A stretch of 64,000 nucleotides of DNA, taken from contig JBHLMG010000001.1 of assembly GCA_048938385.1 (NCBI GenBank), positions 128,001 to 192,000 on the forward strand. Direction: 5' to 3'. The DNA is from Promethearchaeota archaeon (lineage in GTDB: Archaea; Asgardarchaeota; Hermodarchaeia; Hermodarchaeales; Hermodarchaeaceae). The position numbers and the translations under genes were made by a program. Positions 49,292-58,796 of this stretch are shown here, piece by piece; position 1 is the first letter of the stretch; each line of letters opens with the position of its first letter. The notes below the pieces were generated by a model. It saw nothing but the letters and a program-made list of their open reading frames with translations, made no database searches and was not told where the DNA came from.

Positions 49292-49810
49292 GTGAGGCGA
49301 TTCAAAACGCAAATGGCAGATCTTTTACACAGAGCAAGGGCTATCGCTAATTACCAATTTAATTCACCCATAGGTCACCTACTATTCCCTGCCGAATGTA
49401 CGGTTGAGGTGTCGAAGAAAACTGGAAATCTTCGTCGAATTCTCTCCGGTCCTGTTGTTTTAGCAACAATTCGTGCATACGATGGGCGTATCGTGCTTAC
49501 CTTCGCGGGGGCTCAACGGCTCCATCAGCTCTGTCCATTCCCCCAGCATCGAGTGGTTGTGGATTCGGATGTTGCCGCTTTTATTAAGGAAGGTCGTACT
49601 GTGTTTGCCAAACATGTGAAAGAAGTGGATTCTCAGCTTCGCGCAGGGGATGAAGTACTCGTTGTGGACGAAAAGGATGCCCTTTTAGCGGTGGGCAAAG
49701 CTCATTTAAGTCCACGGGAAATGCTTGAAATTTCAAGGGGTGTTGCTGTGAAAACACGCCATTCGAAAGGATCACAGAAAACACAGCAACAAGAAACCGC
49801 TCTATCCTAA
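49292..49810 (+). CDS. PUA-domain protein (TGT C-terminal-like)
   Basis: IANYQF, GRTVFAKHV, GDEVLVV, GVAVKTR. Confidence 0.85.
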   Translation: MRRFKTQMADLLHRARAIANYQFNSPIGHLLFPAECTVEVSKKTGNLRRILSGPVVLATIRAYDGRIVLTFAGAQRLHQLCPFPQHRVVVDSDVAAFIKEGRTVFAKHVKEVDSQLRAGDEVLVVDEKDALLAVGKAHLSPREMLEISRGVAVKTRHSKGSQKTQQQETALS

Positions 49811-49901
49811 GAATGTCCCTTACACGAAAGAAACTTTATACGAGCTTTTTCACTCAATCCTAAGTATCCTTGAGTCTTATCGCTCCTTTGAGGGATATGT
49901 T

Positions 49902-50288
49902 TTGGTAAAGGTAAAGAAAGTCAAATCCAAAAAACGAGCAATGGAACGGCAGATGCGTCGTATGGGTGTAGATGTTAAGCAATTAGATGATGTTACTGAA
50001 GTGATCATCCGGTTTCCGGATCGGGAACTCGTCCTCTTAGAACCTCAAGTCGTTACGATGCAATCCCAAGAGGAAAATGTCTATCAAATAATTGGACAAC
50101 AAGAGGAAAGGAGTCTCACCGTTTCTACAGAGGCTGCAACCCCTGCAGTTACCGTTCAGACTTTTTCCGAAGAGGATGTTCAGCTGGTTGCAAGTCAAGC
50201 GAATGTTTCAGAAGATGAGGCGCGAGAAGCTTTACGAAACGCAGAAGGAAACCTTGCCAAGGCAATAATAGCGTTAACAGAAAGTTAA
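49902..50288 (+). CDS. nac: Nascent polypeptide-associated complex protein
   Basis: MRRMG, EVII, C-terminal UBA EEDVQLVASQA...GNLAKAI. Confidence 0.93.
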   Translation: MVKVKKVKSKKRAMERQMRRMGVDVKQLDDVTEVIIRFPDRELVLLEPQVVTMQSQEENVYQIIGQQEERSLTVSTEAATPAVTVQTFSEEDVQLVASQANVSEDEAREALRNAEGNLAKAIIALTES

Positions 50289-50292
50289 TCAA

Positions 50293-50943
50293 TTATTGAT
50301 TTGCCTTGCGTTCTAACATAGCCTTAACGCGTTTCATTCGAAAGAGATCCTCTCGTTCTTGCTCTTCAAGCATTAATTCAATATAACGAATCGTATTGTT
50401 AATCCTTGGAAGGACTATGTAATTTAGAGCGTTTACACGCCGTTTGGTTTTTTCGATTTCTGCGGCTAATCGCTTGACCGTCGCTTCAATCTCGGCTAGT
50501 CTGACAACCTTATCCAAAGCTAAGCGTGAGCTTTGAGCAGCTTTGTCAATCGCAGCGGAAGTCCCTGCAAGGCTATAATGAATGGAAACCTCTTCCTCTC
50601 GCGTAACTCGAAAGATAGGTACTGAAACCCCCATCATGTTCCGGGTTTCAACATCAAAATCCAGTGGGCTCTTGGCTCCTAAGGAGAGTTCTTCGAGCTT
50701 GGCACCACCTTCGACGAGTTTTGCTTCCATGATTGCTGTAAAGGCATTGGCAAGAGTTGTTTCCATTTCTTCCCTGTACTTCCTGGCTTCCGAGAGGATA
50801 GCAAAAAATTCTCGAACTAGGGCGTCTTGCTTCTCTCTAAGTAGTTCATATCCTCGTGCGGCTAATTCTCGGCGTTCTTTCAGTGCTATTAGTTCCATGC
50901 GTGTTGGCCGAATTCCTGCGATGATGCCTGCTGATTCAGACAT
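50293..50943 (-). CDS. atpD: A/V-type ATP synthase subunit D
   Basis: PTRMEL, GYELL, NMMGV, KTKRRVNAL. Confidence 0.93.
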   Translation of the reverse strand: MSESAGIIAGIRPTRMELIALKERRELAARGYELLREKQDALVREFFAILSEARKYREEMETTLANAFTAIMEAKLVEGGAKLEELSLGAKSPLDFDVETRNMMGVSVPIFRVTREEEVSIHYSLAGTSAAIDKAAQSSRLALDKVVRLAEIEATVKRLAAEIEKTKRRVNALNYIVLPRINNTIRYIELMLEEQEREDLFRMKRVKAMLERKANQ

Positions 50944-50948
50944 GGTGA

Positions 50949-51239
50949 TCACCCTTGTAGCTGAGCGTACACCCAAATTACCCAGATTAGAATTGCACCA
51001 ACTACAATTAACCATTCAACAAACAGTTTCTTAGCTCTCTCAGGATTTTCTGCCATAAGCCCGGCTATCCCAAAGCACAAACCACACACGAGCAATAAGG
51101 GGATAAAAATAATAGATGATGTAAGGTTCCAGTCTAAGTTGAAGGCTAAATCCGTAACTGGAATAATGGCTGCTACTATCAGAAAGAGAATACCCAGGAT
51201 TCGAAGGATTGGAATTAGCTTCGTATTTGGTTCGGCCAC
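50949..51239 (-). CDS. Small hypothetical membrane protein (3 TM)
   Basis: Hydrophobic segments; tight spacing to atpD. Confidence 0.6.
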   Translation of the reverse strand: MAEPNTKLIPILRILGILFLIVAAIIPVTDLAFNLDWNLTSSIIFIPLLLVCGLCFGIAGLMAENPERAKKLFVEWLIVVGAILIWVIWVYAQLQG

Positions 51240-51328
51240 ATATACACGCTCGAAGAGATGATAGGGTCGAGGCGAAACTGAGGTTGCTCAATATTTAAGC
51301 CTTGCTCCCTTTACAAAAGGGCTTCTTG

Positions 51329-52652
51329 TTATCCTAGCTCGTCAAATGTGTGAATTCGTAGTTTCACAGGTTTTTTGACGATATTGCCAATGCGTACACC
51401 AATGATTAGTCCGACTCCTCGCTCTTCTGCAATATCGATGAGTCGTTGGGTGACAACGCCATCTAACAGAAGCGTACTAGCCTTCTTTAGATTCTGAAAT
51501 TCGTTGGCAATTTCGCCAACATGCGTTTCTTTTATCGGTTTGAATTTCTCGTCGAGAATTACTGCCGTCATGGTTTGTTGAATTTTTCGGGCTTGCTCTA
51601 AGACTGAGTCAGGGATTCCTAAATCCCGAGGTTTTGGTACCGTGGAGGGCACTTTAGCTCGAGAGCTCCTTGCGGTGCTTCGCTTCGTGTCTCTTGTCGT
51701 GCTTCGGCGTACTGTTTTTACTTTCTGCGTTGTTGTGCGACTACGCCGTTTGGTTTTAACGGCTACCTTTGGTGGAGCACTTTTCCGTTTTATTTTCCCA
51801 AGGACTTCTTCAGCAGAAACTCTATTTCGAAGTGCTTTGGTCACTTCCTTATGAGTAAGCTCTTCAACTTCTCTTCCTGTCGGCGCTCTGGCCACATAAT
51901 CCACTTTTGTAACTTGAGCGAGTTCTTTTAGAATCAGATCTCCACCGCGGTCGCCATCAAGAAAAGCAGTAACAGTTTTACCTTTAGAAAGGTCGACGAT
52001 GAACTTCGGAATTGAGGTTCCTTCAACAGCTATTGCGTTCTTGACGCCAGATCGAAGTAGGGCTAATACATCTGCACGCCCTTCAACGATGATTATCGAA
52101 TCTGAGGATTCAACTTCCGGACCCGCTGGTAGTGCTTCTTTGCCTAGTTTGATGATATCAGCGGTTCGCGATTCTTTCTGAACGGTATCGGTCATTTCCT
52201 GTGAATCAGGTGAAACTTCACCTTCCCAATCGCGTAACAGGTGCACTGCTCGATCGATGATTCGGCGGCGTTTTGCTTCACGGACATCTTCGAGCTTTTC
52301 AAGAGTGATTTTTGCTGCACATGGACCTACACGGTCGACAGTCTCCATAGCAGCAGCGAGTATCGCAGTTTCAGTACGATCAAGGCTACAAGGAATAGTA
52401 ATTGTTCCTTGGGATTTACCGCCTTCAGATTTTAATTCAACTTTTATGCGACCGATGCGTCCCGATTGCTGTAGTTCTCTTAGGTCCAAATCTTCGCCGA
52501 TTGCCCCTTCACATCGGTGATATGAAGTGTAGGCCCTCTGTTTGACCAAAGAGTGCGCCTACAACATCGGGTTTTTCAACAACTCCATCTATTTCGATTT
52601 TTCCACGAATACAATACTTAGTAGTACCAGTGCTTTCTGCATTTGCTCCCAT
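51329..52652 (-). CDS. dnaG: Archaeal DnaG (exosome-associated TOPRIM protein), 431 aa, split by a 28-nt BHB intron; join(52529..52652, 51329..52500)
   Basis: Exon 1 [30 protein letters not shown]; exon 2 [18 protein letters not shown]; spliced length 1296 nt; VEGRADV, DGDRGG. Confidence 0.93.
52501..52528 (-). other. BHB-type intron in mRNA (dnaG)
   Basis: GCCU/GGGC helix, bulges AC^A and AA^U, 9-bp inner stem CUUCAUAUC/GAUGUGAAG with ACC loop. Confidence 0.9.
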
Positions 52653-52800
52653 AATAGTCACCGAGTAAGAGTGATTTGTGATGATGTTTGTAAGCGGCGC
52701 ATAATGCTCGATTGCGCCAGGGGGTTCATTTACATGATTGTGTAATTGTGATTAGGTAATACGGTAATCATGAGGCAACTAGTTCCTCGAATAGACCGCA

Positions 52801-53220
52801 TTAAAACTTTGTGCCTTTCGAAGAATTATCAAATTGTTTGAGTCCTTCAATCACTCGAACATGCCAACAAAAAGCTCGACGTAACTGGTTTCGTTCATCC
52901 TGCAACAGGGTGACTCCTCTGCCCTGTAGTTGGGTGGATAGTTGGCGTGCTAGTTGTTCTCCACGGCGATCAAAATCGAAAAGAATCAATAAGGCTTCAC
53001 ATGAGGCTAGCTCATCAGCTAAACTCACAATACTATGACTCGCTAATAGGTGAATTGGACCTGTTAAGCCAAGTCCCCGAAGCGCTGTGATATCTTTAAC
53101 ACCTTCAACGACGACGGCTATTCCTTGGTTTGAGATTTTGCGCAAAAGGTCAATACCTTTTGTAAACTGGTCTTCTAACTGATCTTGACGAGATTGAGTG
53201 GTTTTTTTGCGCGTCTTCAT
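52801..53220 (-). CDS. Small TOPRIM-domain protein
   Basis: VVVEGVKD..AL, DFDRRGE, IEGL. Confidence 0.85.
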   Translation of the reverse strand: MKTRKKTTQSRQDQLEDQFTKGIDLLRKISNQGIAVVVEGVKDITALRGLGLTGPIHLLASHSIVSLADELASCEALLILFDFDRRGEQLARQLSTQLQGRGVTLLQDERNQLRRAFCWHVRVIEGLKQFDNSSKGTKF

Positions 53221-53341
53221 GTGGGCGCTGCACCTTATCTAACCTTACATTTAGTCCTAGCATTTTAAATTCCTCTCATTAGGCACACCCCTGTATCGGT
53301 GTCTTTTTATAGAACACAAAACAAGCCGAGGACAAAACGAA

Positions 53342-54448
53342 GTGTTGCCTGTGGAGAGCCTTCCCCCTGATATCGAAATAGCCACCAAGCATGCTCAGGA
53401 AATACTGACACTTGAGGACCTCGTCACAGTATTTTCCCGAAAGGAAAAACCTCGTGGCTATGTCGGCGTTGAACCAAGTGGACTCTTCCATATTGGTTGG
53501 GTCGTCTGGGTACAGAAACTAAACCAACTTGTCGACCTTGGGGTACGAATGGAAATATTACTGGCAACTTGGCACGCACAGATTAATGACAAGTTAGGTG
53601 GAAACATCGAACGAATTCGCCAATGTGCGGAATACCTTCGTCATTGTTTCACTGCCCTGAACATCGATCTTCGGAAGGTACATGTAATTACAGCTGAGGA
53701 TTTGATGCGAAGACTGGAGTATTGGGAACGGGTTCTCCGCGTTGCAAAAAGCTTAACATTAGCACGAGTTCGTCGCTCTACGGATATCATGGGACGATCT
53801 GAGGAAGAGGCTTCCTTAGATTTTTCAAAACTCATCTACCCTTGCTTGCAAGTTACTGACATTATTGACCAAAAGTACGAGATCTGCCTTTCAGGGATGG
53901 ATCAACGCCGAGCACATGTTCTAGCGCGCGAAGTAGCCGATAAGATGAAATTGGACTGGAAACCCGTTGGCATTCATGTGCCTCTTTTGCCCGGTCTAAG
54001 CGGCGATTCACGAATGGATGTGGCCACCGATTTTTCTCCCCAAGACTTAGCCATTGCTTCGAAAATGTCAAAATCAAAACCTGGAGATGCTATTCTCATA
54101 CACGACGCACCACGCGAGATTATGAAAAAAATCCGCAACGCCTACTGCCCTGCTGAAACAGTTGAAGGGAACCCAATACTCAGTTATATCCGGCACTTAC
54201 TCTTCACTCGGGATGGATTCACGCTCCATATCGAACGAGCTGAGAAATACGGTGGATCATTGAGCGTGACGAGCGCTGATGAACTTGACGCCCTGTATGC
54301 TAAGGGCGCGGTGCATCCTCTCGATTTGAAACAAGCTGCCGCCCAAGCATTAACTGAATTTCTCCAACCAGTACGAAAATACTTTGAAGAAAACACTGAC
54401 GCTGCAAAGTGTCGGCAAGCTATCTCTGAGTATCAAATTACCCGATAA
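53342..54448 (+). CDS. tyrS: Tyrosine-tRNA ligase
   Basis: GVEPSGLFHIG, YPCLQVTD, GMDQRRAH, KMSKS, HPLDLK. Confidence 0.95.
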   Translation: MLPVESLPPDIEIATKHAQEILTLEDLVTVFSRKEKPRGYVGVEPSGLFHIGWVVWVQKLNQLVDLGVRMEILLATWHAQINDKLGGNIERIRQCAEYLRHCFTALNIDLRKVHVITAEDLMRRLEYWERVLRVAKSLTLARVRRSTDIMGRSEEEASLDFSKLIYPCLQVTDIIDQKYEICLSGMDQRRAHVLAREVADKMKLDWKPVGIHVPLLPGLSGDSRMDVATDFSPQDLAIASKMSKSKPGDAILIHDAPREIMKKIRNAYCPAETVEGNPILSYIRHLLFTRDGFTLHIERAEKYGGSLSVTSADELDALYAKGAVHPLDLKQAAAQALTEFLQPVRKYFEENTDAAKCRQAISEYQITR

Positions 54449-54460
54449 CCTCGCCAACTT

Positions 54461-55378
54461 CTAATTCACTTGGACATCGAGAACGAAATGCGTTAACTTG
54501 GGGTTGTAAGTCTTAATTGCACGGGTCTGTAGAAGTTCTACATGCCTGCTCATTGAATGGGCGATATCCTGTAACATTGAAAAAACTTCAAAACCTCTAT
54601 CTTGTTTTGAACTGATCTCATGGATGTGCAAGATACCAGTAGGAGACACACACGAAAGTCCCTGTTTGAGGTAGCGAGTAGTGCCTTGAATCAATCCCAT
54701 TAATACACGGTTCGCTTGTCCTTGCGCAATTTTTGGTGCTAACTGGCTGGTATCACCAAAATGAGGCTTAACAAAATCGGTTACTTTGTTTGCATCAATG
54801 TTCATGCAAAGATAACGATATGCGTCTGGATTCCATTCTATCGCATGAATTATCTTTGGTCGTGCATGAACCGCTATGGGTAAGGCAAATTGCCCTATCC
54901 CTGCAAACATATCCACTACGAATTCCCCTGCTCCAAGTTTACTCATCCGAAGCCGTTCCGCCTTATTTCCAACAGAGAACATGACTTTCATCGGGTCTAG
55001 ATGAAAAACCACCTTATTCTCTCTAAATACCGTATTCGTATTTTCAGAACCAGCAATTAGTTCCAGGGCGGGTCGGCGGTAGGGACCTGATATCGCATCA
55101 GTCCTTTTCAAAACTGATTGAATTCTTGAGTCGTACTTTAACACTGCTTGTCCAATTTGGCTTTGGAAACTGACAATGGAAGGGTGCAACCAGAGAATTG
55201 CGACTGTTCCAAGCCTTCTCAATCGCCGAGGTAGTAACCTCGGGTCAATTTGCTTTTGCAACTCCTCCTGAAGGAACTGATGAAATGGTAAACGTTTAGG
55301 ATTTGTGATAGTCGTCACCTGAACGGAACCAATGGAAGAGAAAGGGTGGGGTCGTGCATGCTCTGCAGATCGATACAC
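54461..55378 (-). CDS. Trm5/TYW2 (Met-10+) family tRNA-modifying SAM-dependent enzyme; start probably downstream
   Basis: KVMFSVGN..ERLR, DMFAGIGQF, EWNPDAY. Confidence 0.85.
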   Translation of the reverse strand: MYRSAEHARPHPFSSIGSVQVTTITNPKRLPFHQFLQEELQKQIDPRLLPRRLRRLGTVAILWLHPSIVSFQSQIGQAVLKYDSRIQSVLKRTDAISGPYRRPALELIAGSENTNTVFRENKVVFHLDPMKVMFSVGNKAERLRMSKLGAGEFVVDMFAGIGQFALPIAVHARPKIIHAIEWNPDAYRYLCMNIDANKVTDFVKPHFGDTSQLAPKIAQGQANRVLMGLIQGTTRYLKQGLSCVSPTGILHIHEISSKQDRGFEVFSMLQDIAHSMSRHVELLQTRAIKTYNPKLTHFVLDVQVN

Positions 55379-55646
55379 TAACGCCCCATCATCATTGGTA
55401 GGCGTAACGCCGTTGTTCCTCCGACAGGTCCTCTCTTAATATGTCGAGCGATGTGAACATTACACGACCCAGCGCTGAAGTGTGGACATCGTGGGTTGCC
55501 CCCACAATCACTTCTTGACGACTCGTCATAGATCAAGCAGGAGCCTGTCACATGCCGCGTAGCCTTCAACGCTGCTCAAGTGTGCCTGTTATTTTGCACG
55601 AATCTTCATAAGACGGGTCTTCAGATTCGTCCTCGATCACAGCCAT
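55378..55646 (-). CDS. Small Cys-rich protein, apparently frameshifted; candidate 29- or 32-nt intron at ~55547-55578
   Basis: ATG 55646 after a TTTTAAG TATA-like box; the frame stops within a hairpin; downstream frame carries four Cys and abuts the next gene. Confidence 0.45.
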
Positions 55647-55699
55647 TATCCTTTCATTGCAAAACTCAAATCAGCAATGGTGGTTCTTAAAACCTTCCA

Positions 55700-56245
55700 C
55701 TACGGGCTAGTTACTTCGTGATAGGTGACCCGTCCATCCCGGTCAATTAATCCTGCTCGAATTCGGGTTGACGATATTGAAATATGGTCCTCTGCCATTA
55801 CCATAGTCAATACAGCGATATGGAGGAGTGGAAGTCCCTTATCTTTTCGAATTTCGTTGATTTCCTTTGCGACGGGACAAGTTTCTTCACTCACTACAAT
55901 GAGTTGAAGTTCTGGCATAATGATGGCAGGTCCGTGTGGATCATATAAGGGTTGAATGGTGTATCGTCCCTTGTAGCTTTCAGAATCGAGCCATCGTTTG
56001 AGTTCAGATTCTCGTTCCTCGTAACTGGCTATTTTTTCCCAGTCCGGTTTGTGTTTAATCATTTCTTGGGTTGTTAAACCAATAAGCACTCTTTTTCCCA
56101 ATTCAAACGCTCGACGGAGGAGTGTTTTGTGTCCTTTATGTAGTTGGTCAAAAGTGCCTCCGATGGCGACCCAATTGTAGTGCTTTTTGGACACGACGCA
56201 GTCCTCATGCCATGCTCTAATCTTCTGTTGAAAAAGCTTTACCAC
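55700..56245 (-). CDS. coaD: Phosphopantetheine adenylyltransferase (archaeal type)
   Basis: GGTFDQLHKGH, VSEET, ISSTRIRAG. Confidence 0.9.
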   Translation of the reverse strand: MVKLFQQKIRAWHEDCVVSKKHYNWVAIGGTFDQLHKGHKTLLRRAFELGKRVLIGLTTQEMIKHKPDWEKIASYEERESELKRWLDSESYKGRYTIQPLYDPHGPAIIMPELQLIVVSEETCPVAKEINEIRKDKGLPLLHIAVLTMVMAEDHISISSTRIRAGLIDRDGRVTYHEVTSP

Positions 56246-56273
56246 GAGCCAAGTAAGAGCGAATATTCGCGGT

Positions 56274-57380
56274 TTAGGCTATGCCGATAGTATTTCCGAT
56301 GCCTGCGACAATGAGGGTATCGCCTTTTTCCGAATTTTTTAAGATTCCATCTTTGAGTTTTTCAATGACCTTTGGAACGGCATCTACTAGAGCTTTTTTC
56401 ATGGGACTTAGCGCGTCTTCAATTGATTCCTTGATGACGATGGCGTCAAGAGGTATGTTGTGTTTCACACCAGAGTCTTCCATCTCGAATTTCTCCGGTC
56501 CGGGGTCTCCAATCGCTGCACCGACTCCGATAATCACATGACCTGTATCTTCGCCTTCAAGTTTCAAACCTGCGTCCACAGTGATAATGCGAGCGATTTG
56601 ACCCTTATTTCGTTCAACGATTTTTCTAATTCCTATTCCTGGTTCTCCAACATGTCCGCCATGCCCTTTAGCGCGTACAAACCATAACGTGCGACCCTCA
56701 AAATTACCAGAAAACGCTATTGTGTGCTTGGCGATCTCCTCTGGGTCACCGGCTTGAATTTCCCGGGCAAAGTGAGCGATTGCTAAAGGCCCCATCCCAT
56801 CACCAATGGGTTTTCCTTCTGAAAATGCTCGCACCGCTTCAAAATACGCCTTAGCCAACTGAATAATTTCAGGTAACTGCATCTGCAATTGAATTACATA
56901 ATAGATGCTCTTAGTTTTCTTTCCGAGAAGCAAGAAGTGCCGAACAACGCGATAAACATAATGCAACGCCATGGCTCCTGATAACACATTTTGTGCATTC
57001 GCTGCTTGCACCGGGGTTGCGCTAGGAGCAATACGATTCACATGCGCCTCATATCGGTTTTCTCGCACATCAAGAAGGTGCTTGATTCGCTGTAGTACTC
57101 CGGCTGGATCTACATTCACCGGTTCGATTAAGAAGAATTCTAAGAAGTCATCAAGAGTTGATTTTACATCTTCCTCTTTGACTTTCAAGTCCTTTAACGC
57201 CCGATGTGCAATCTGTTTACCCTGTTTTGCTAAAACTTCTATTTGGCGTAATCCGGATTCTACTTGTTTTGTCCAAATATAGGTCTGTAGGCGTTGCCCG
57301 TACAGATAGATGAACATGAACATGACAATGAAAATTAAGTTGACAATCCAATTGAATTCGGAACCTGGAATTTGCAACAT
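56274..57380 (-). CDS. DUF1512 family protein
   Basis: PIGDGMGPL, VDAGLKLEGE, GIGNTIGIA. Confidence 0.8.
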   Translation of the reverse strand: MLQIPGSEFNWIVNLIFIVMFMFIYLYGQRLQTYIWTKQVESGLRQIEVLAKQGKQIAHRALKDLKVKEEDVKSTLDDFLEFFLIEPVNVDPAGVLQRIKHLLDVRENRYEAHVNRIAPSATPVQAANAQNVLSGAMALHYVYRVVRHFLLLGKKTKSIYYVIQLQMQLPEIIQLAKAYFEAVRAFSEGKPIGDGMGPLAIAHFAREIQAGDPEEIAKHTIAFSGNFEGRTLWFVRAKGHGGHVGEPGIGIRKIVERNKGQIARIITVDAGLKLEGEDTGHVIIGVGAAIGDPGPEKFEMEDSGVKHNIPLDAIVIKESIEDALSPMKKALVDAVPKVIEKLKDGILKNSEKGDTLIVAGIGNTIGIA

Positions 57381-57484
57381 CTTGCGTCACTAATAATATG
57401 GTACTGCCGGAACGGAACAAGTATGGAATAAAAACCTTTGCGTATGGTTAATCCCGCTCACGCATAGAAGACAAGGAAAAAGAA

Positions 57485-57604
57485 GTGGCGCAGTTCACAC
57501 TTTTCCCGACACCTCTCGGACATCAGTACTCAGGGCGACGAAGCCGGCTTAACTTCCGGGATCTGACGAGACCGGGTGTGACCCAGCTTCTATGACCGCG
57601 CCAA
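57485..57604 (-). rRNA. rrf: 5S rRNA
   Basis: GGTCATAG...CACCCGGTCTCGT...CCCGGAAGTTAAGCC...AGTACT; terminal helix TGGCGCGG/CTGCGCCA; 120 nt. Confidence 0.93.
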
Positions 57605-57659
57605 CCAGCAGGATTCGTCCCCGGTATAAAAGTGTTGTGAAATCTTAGATGCCAAAAAA

Positions 57660-57736
57660 TGGTGGGCCGGCCGAGATTCGAACTCGGGACCACGAGGTCC
57701 CAAACCTCGCATCATACCGAACTAGACTACCGGCCC
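57660..57736 (-). tRNA. tRNA-Pro(TGG), no intron
   Basis: 77-nt cloverleaf with CCA. Confidence 0.95.
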
Positions 57737-57800
57737 AGACTCTGCTAGTGGTAACAGATGGAGTTGAAAAACCTTTGTCCAATTTAGCTGTTCCGATACG

Positions 57801-58448
57801 CTATGCCGTTCCCACTCCTTCGATCAGGAACCTGATGTAATAGTAGGGCTTTCCGTTCGTATAGTTAACTTTGGGAGGGGATGATACGATGCCAAAATGG
57901 GTCTTCAACAGGTGCACGAGTTCTTTCAGAAAACCTCTGTCCCGCTGCTTCAATTGCACTCGATTCTTCGACACTGAACCATCAGTATGTATTAAACCAC
58001 GCATATAATGCTGGAAGAGCGATGCGTTTTCCGCAATCAACGAGGGAACCCTCAAACGATCTTTCTTCCCAGATTGAAATCCTAGTTGAATAAAAAAGAA
58101 ATACACTGCCGCACAATTGATGTTAATGGCGTAGCAGTTCTTCTTTCGTTTATCTCTTTGAATACGAGGTTGATAGCGAAAGAGCTCTCTAATTAGAACT
58201 GGTAACTGCTCAATGTAGTCTTTGCGCCCCACAACATTTACTCGATAATAGTAACCCCCTCCCTTCCGTTTACACTTGTTTAGGTTACCATCACCCGCAA
58301 CAACGCCAGCGAAGTATGCAACTTTTTCGTTAATTTTTGGAATTTTTATCCGAGTTTTTTTGGTGCAGATAAAGCCATCTTCAATTTTATGCCATACACC
58401 AGCCTCATGCAAAATCTGCGAAATTGCATACACATCAACGCCATTCAT
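57801..58448 (-). CDS. Free-standing two-motif LAGLIDADG endonuclease
   Basis: AYFAGVVAGDG and YMRGLIHTDGS; no intein splicing blocks. Confidence 0.85.
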   Translation of the reverse strand: MNGVDVYAISQILHEAGVWHKIEDGFICTKKTRIKIPKINEKVAYFAGVVAGDGNLNKCKRKGGGYYYRVNVVGRKDYIEQLPVLIRELFRYQPRIQRDKRKKNCYAININCAAVYFFFIQLGFQSGKKDRLRVPSLIAENASLFQHYMRGLIHTDGSVSKNRVQLKQRDRGFLKELVHLLKTHFGIVSSPPKVNYTNGKPYYYIRFLIEGVGTA

Positions 58449-58494
58449 TCTAAAGATGATTCCACTAAGAACTCTAAAAACTCATTAACAGAAT

Positions 58495-58569
58495 TGGAGC
58501 CTCCGCCGGGACTTGAACCCGGGACTGGTGGCTTACAAGGCCACTGCCCTACCGCTAGGCCACGGAGGC
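58495..58569 (-). tRNA. tRNA-Thr(TGT), no intron
   Basis: 75-nt cloverleaf with CCA. Confidence 0.95.
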
Positions 58570-58661
58570 TCGTTTGAGGTTACACAAGCACATCTGATTA
58601 ATGATTCGGAATGAATCGGTGCATCGTGGGTTGCTAACGGGAATTGCACAAAAATGTTTTT

Positions 58662-58711
58662 CTGGCTAGGGTGGCTGCTGGTCGTGGCTTCAAGTCCCGC
58701 CTGAGGCTCCA
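58662..58711 (+). pseudogene. Degenerate partial copy of tRNA-Thr(GGT)
   Basis: TCCCGCCTGAGGCTCCA (58695-58711) is identical to 61379-61395; upstream CTGGCTAG and GGTCG also match; anticodon arm missing. Confidence 0.7.
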
Positions 58712-58796
58712 TTTCACTTGTAGCTGTTCATCGTAAGGACGGGTTGGGGTGGATTTGGGTGTGGTTCAAGGTGGTGGGATCGTACGCTTTCAGGTC

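Noticed and set aside
51329-52549. ORF-track dnaG starting at TTG 52549 ([13 protein letters not shown]...)
   Set aside because: Its N-terminus is out-of-frame exon plus intron sequence; the true conserved N-terminus is in another frame from 52652
52675-52740. GTGATGA (box C-like) plus a GGCGCA/TGCGCC hairpin upstream of dnaG
   Set aside because: No convincing box D or C'/D' pair; not enough for a C/D sRNA call
55378-55646. Selenocysteine readthrough of the UGA codons in the frame starting at 55646
   Set aside because: Would need several UGAs in a non-redox context; the Cys-rich sequence is in another frame; no SECIS recognised
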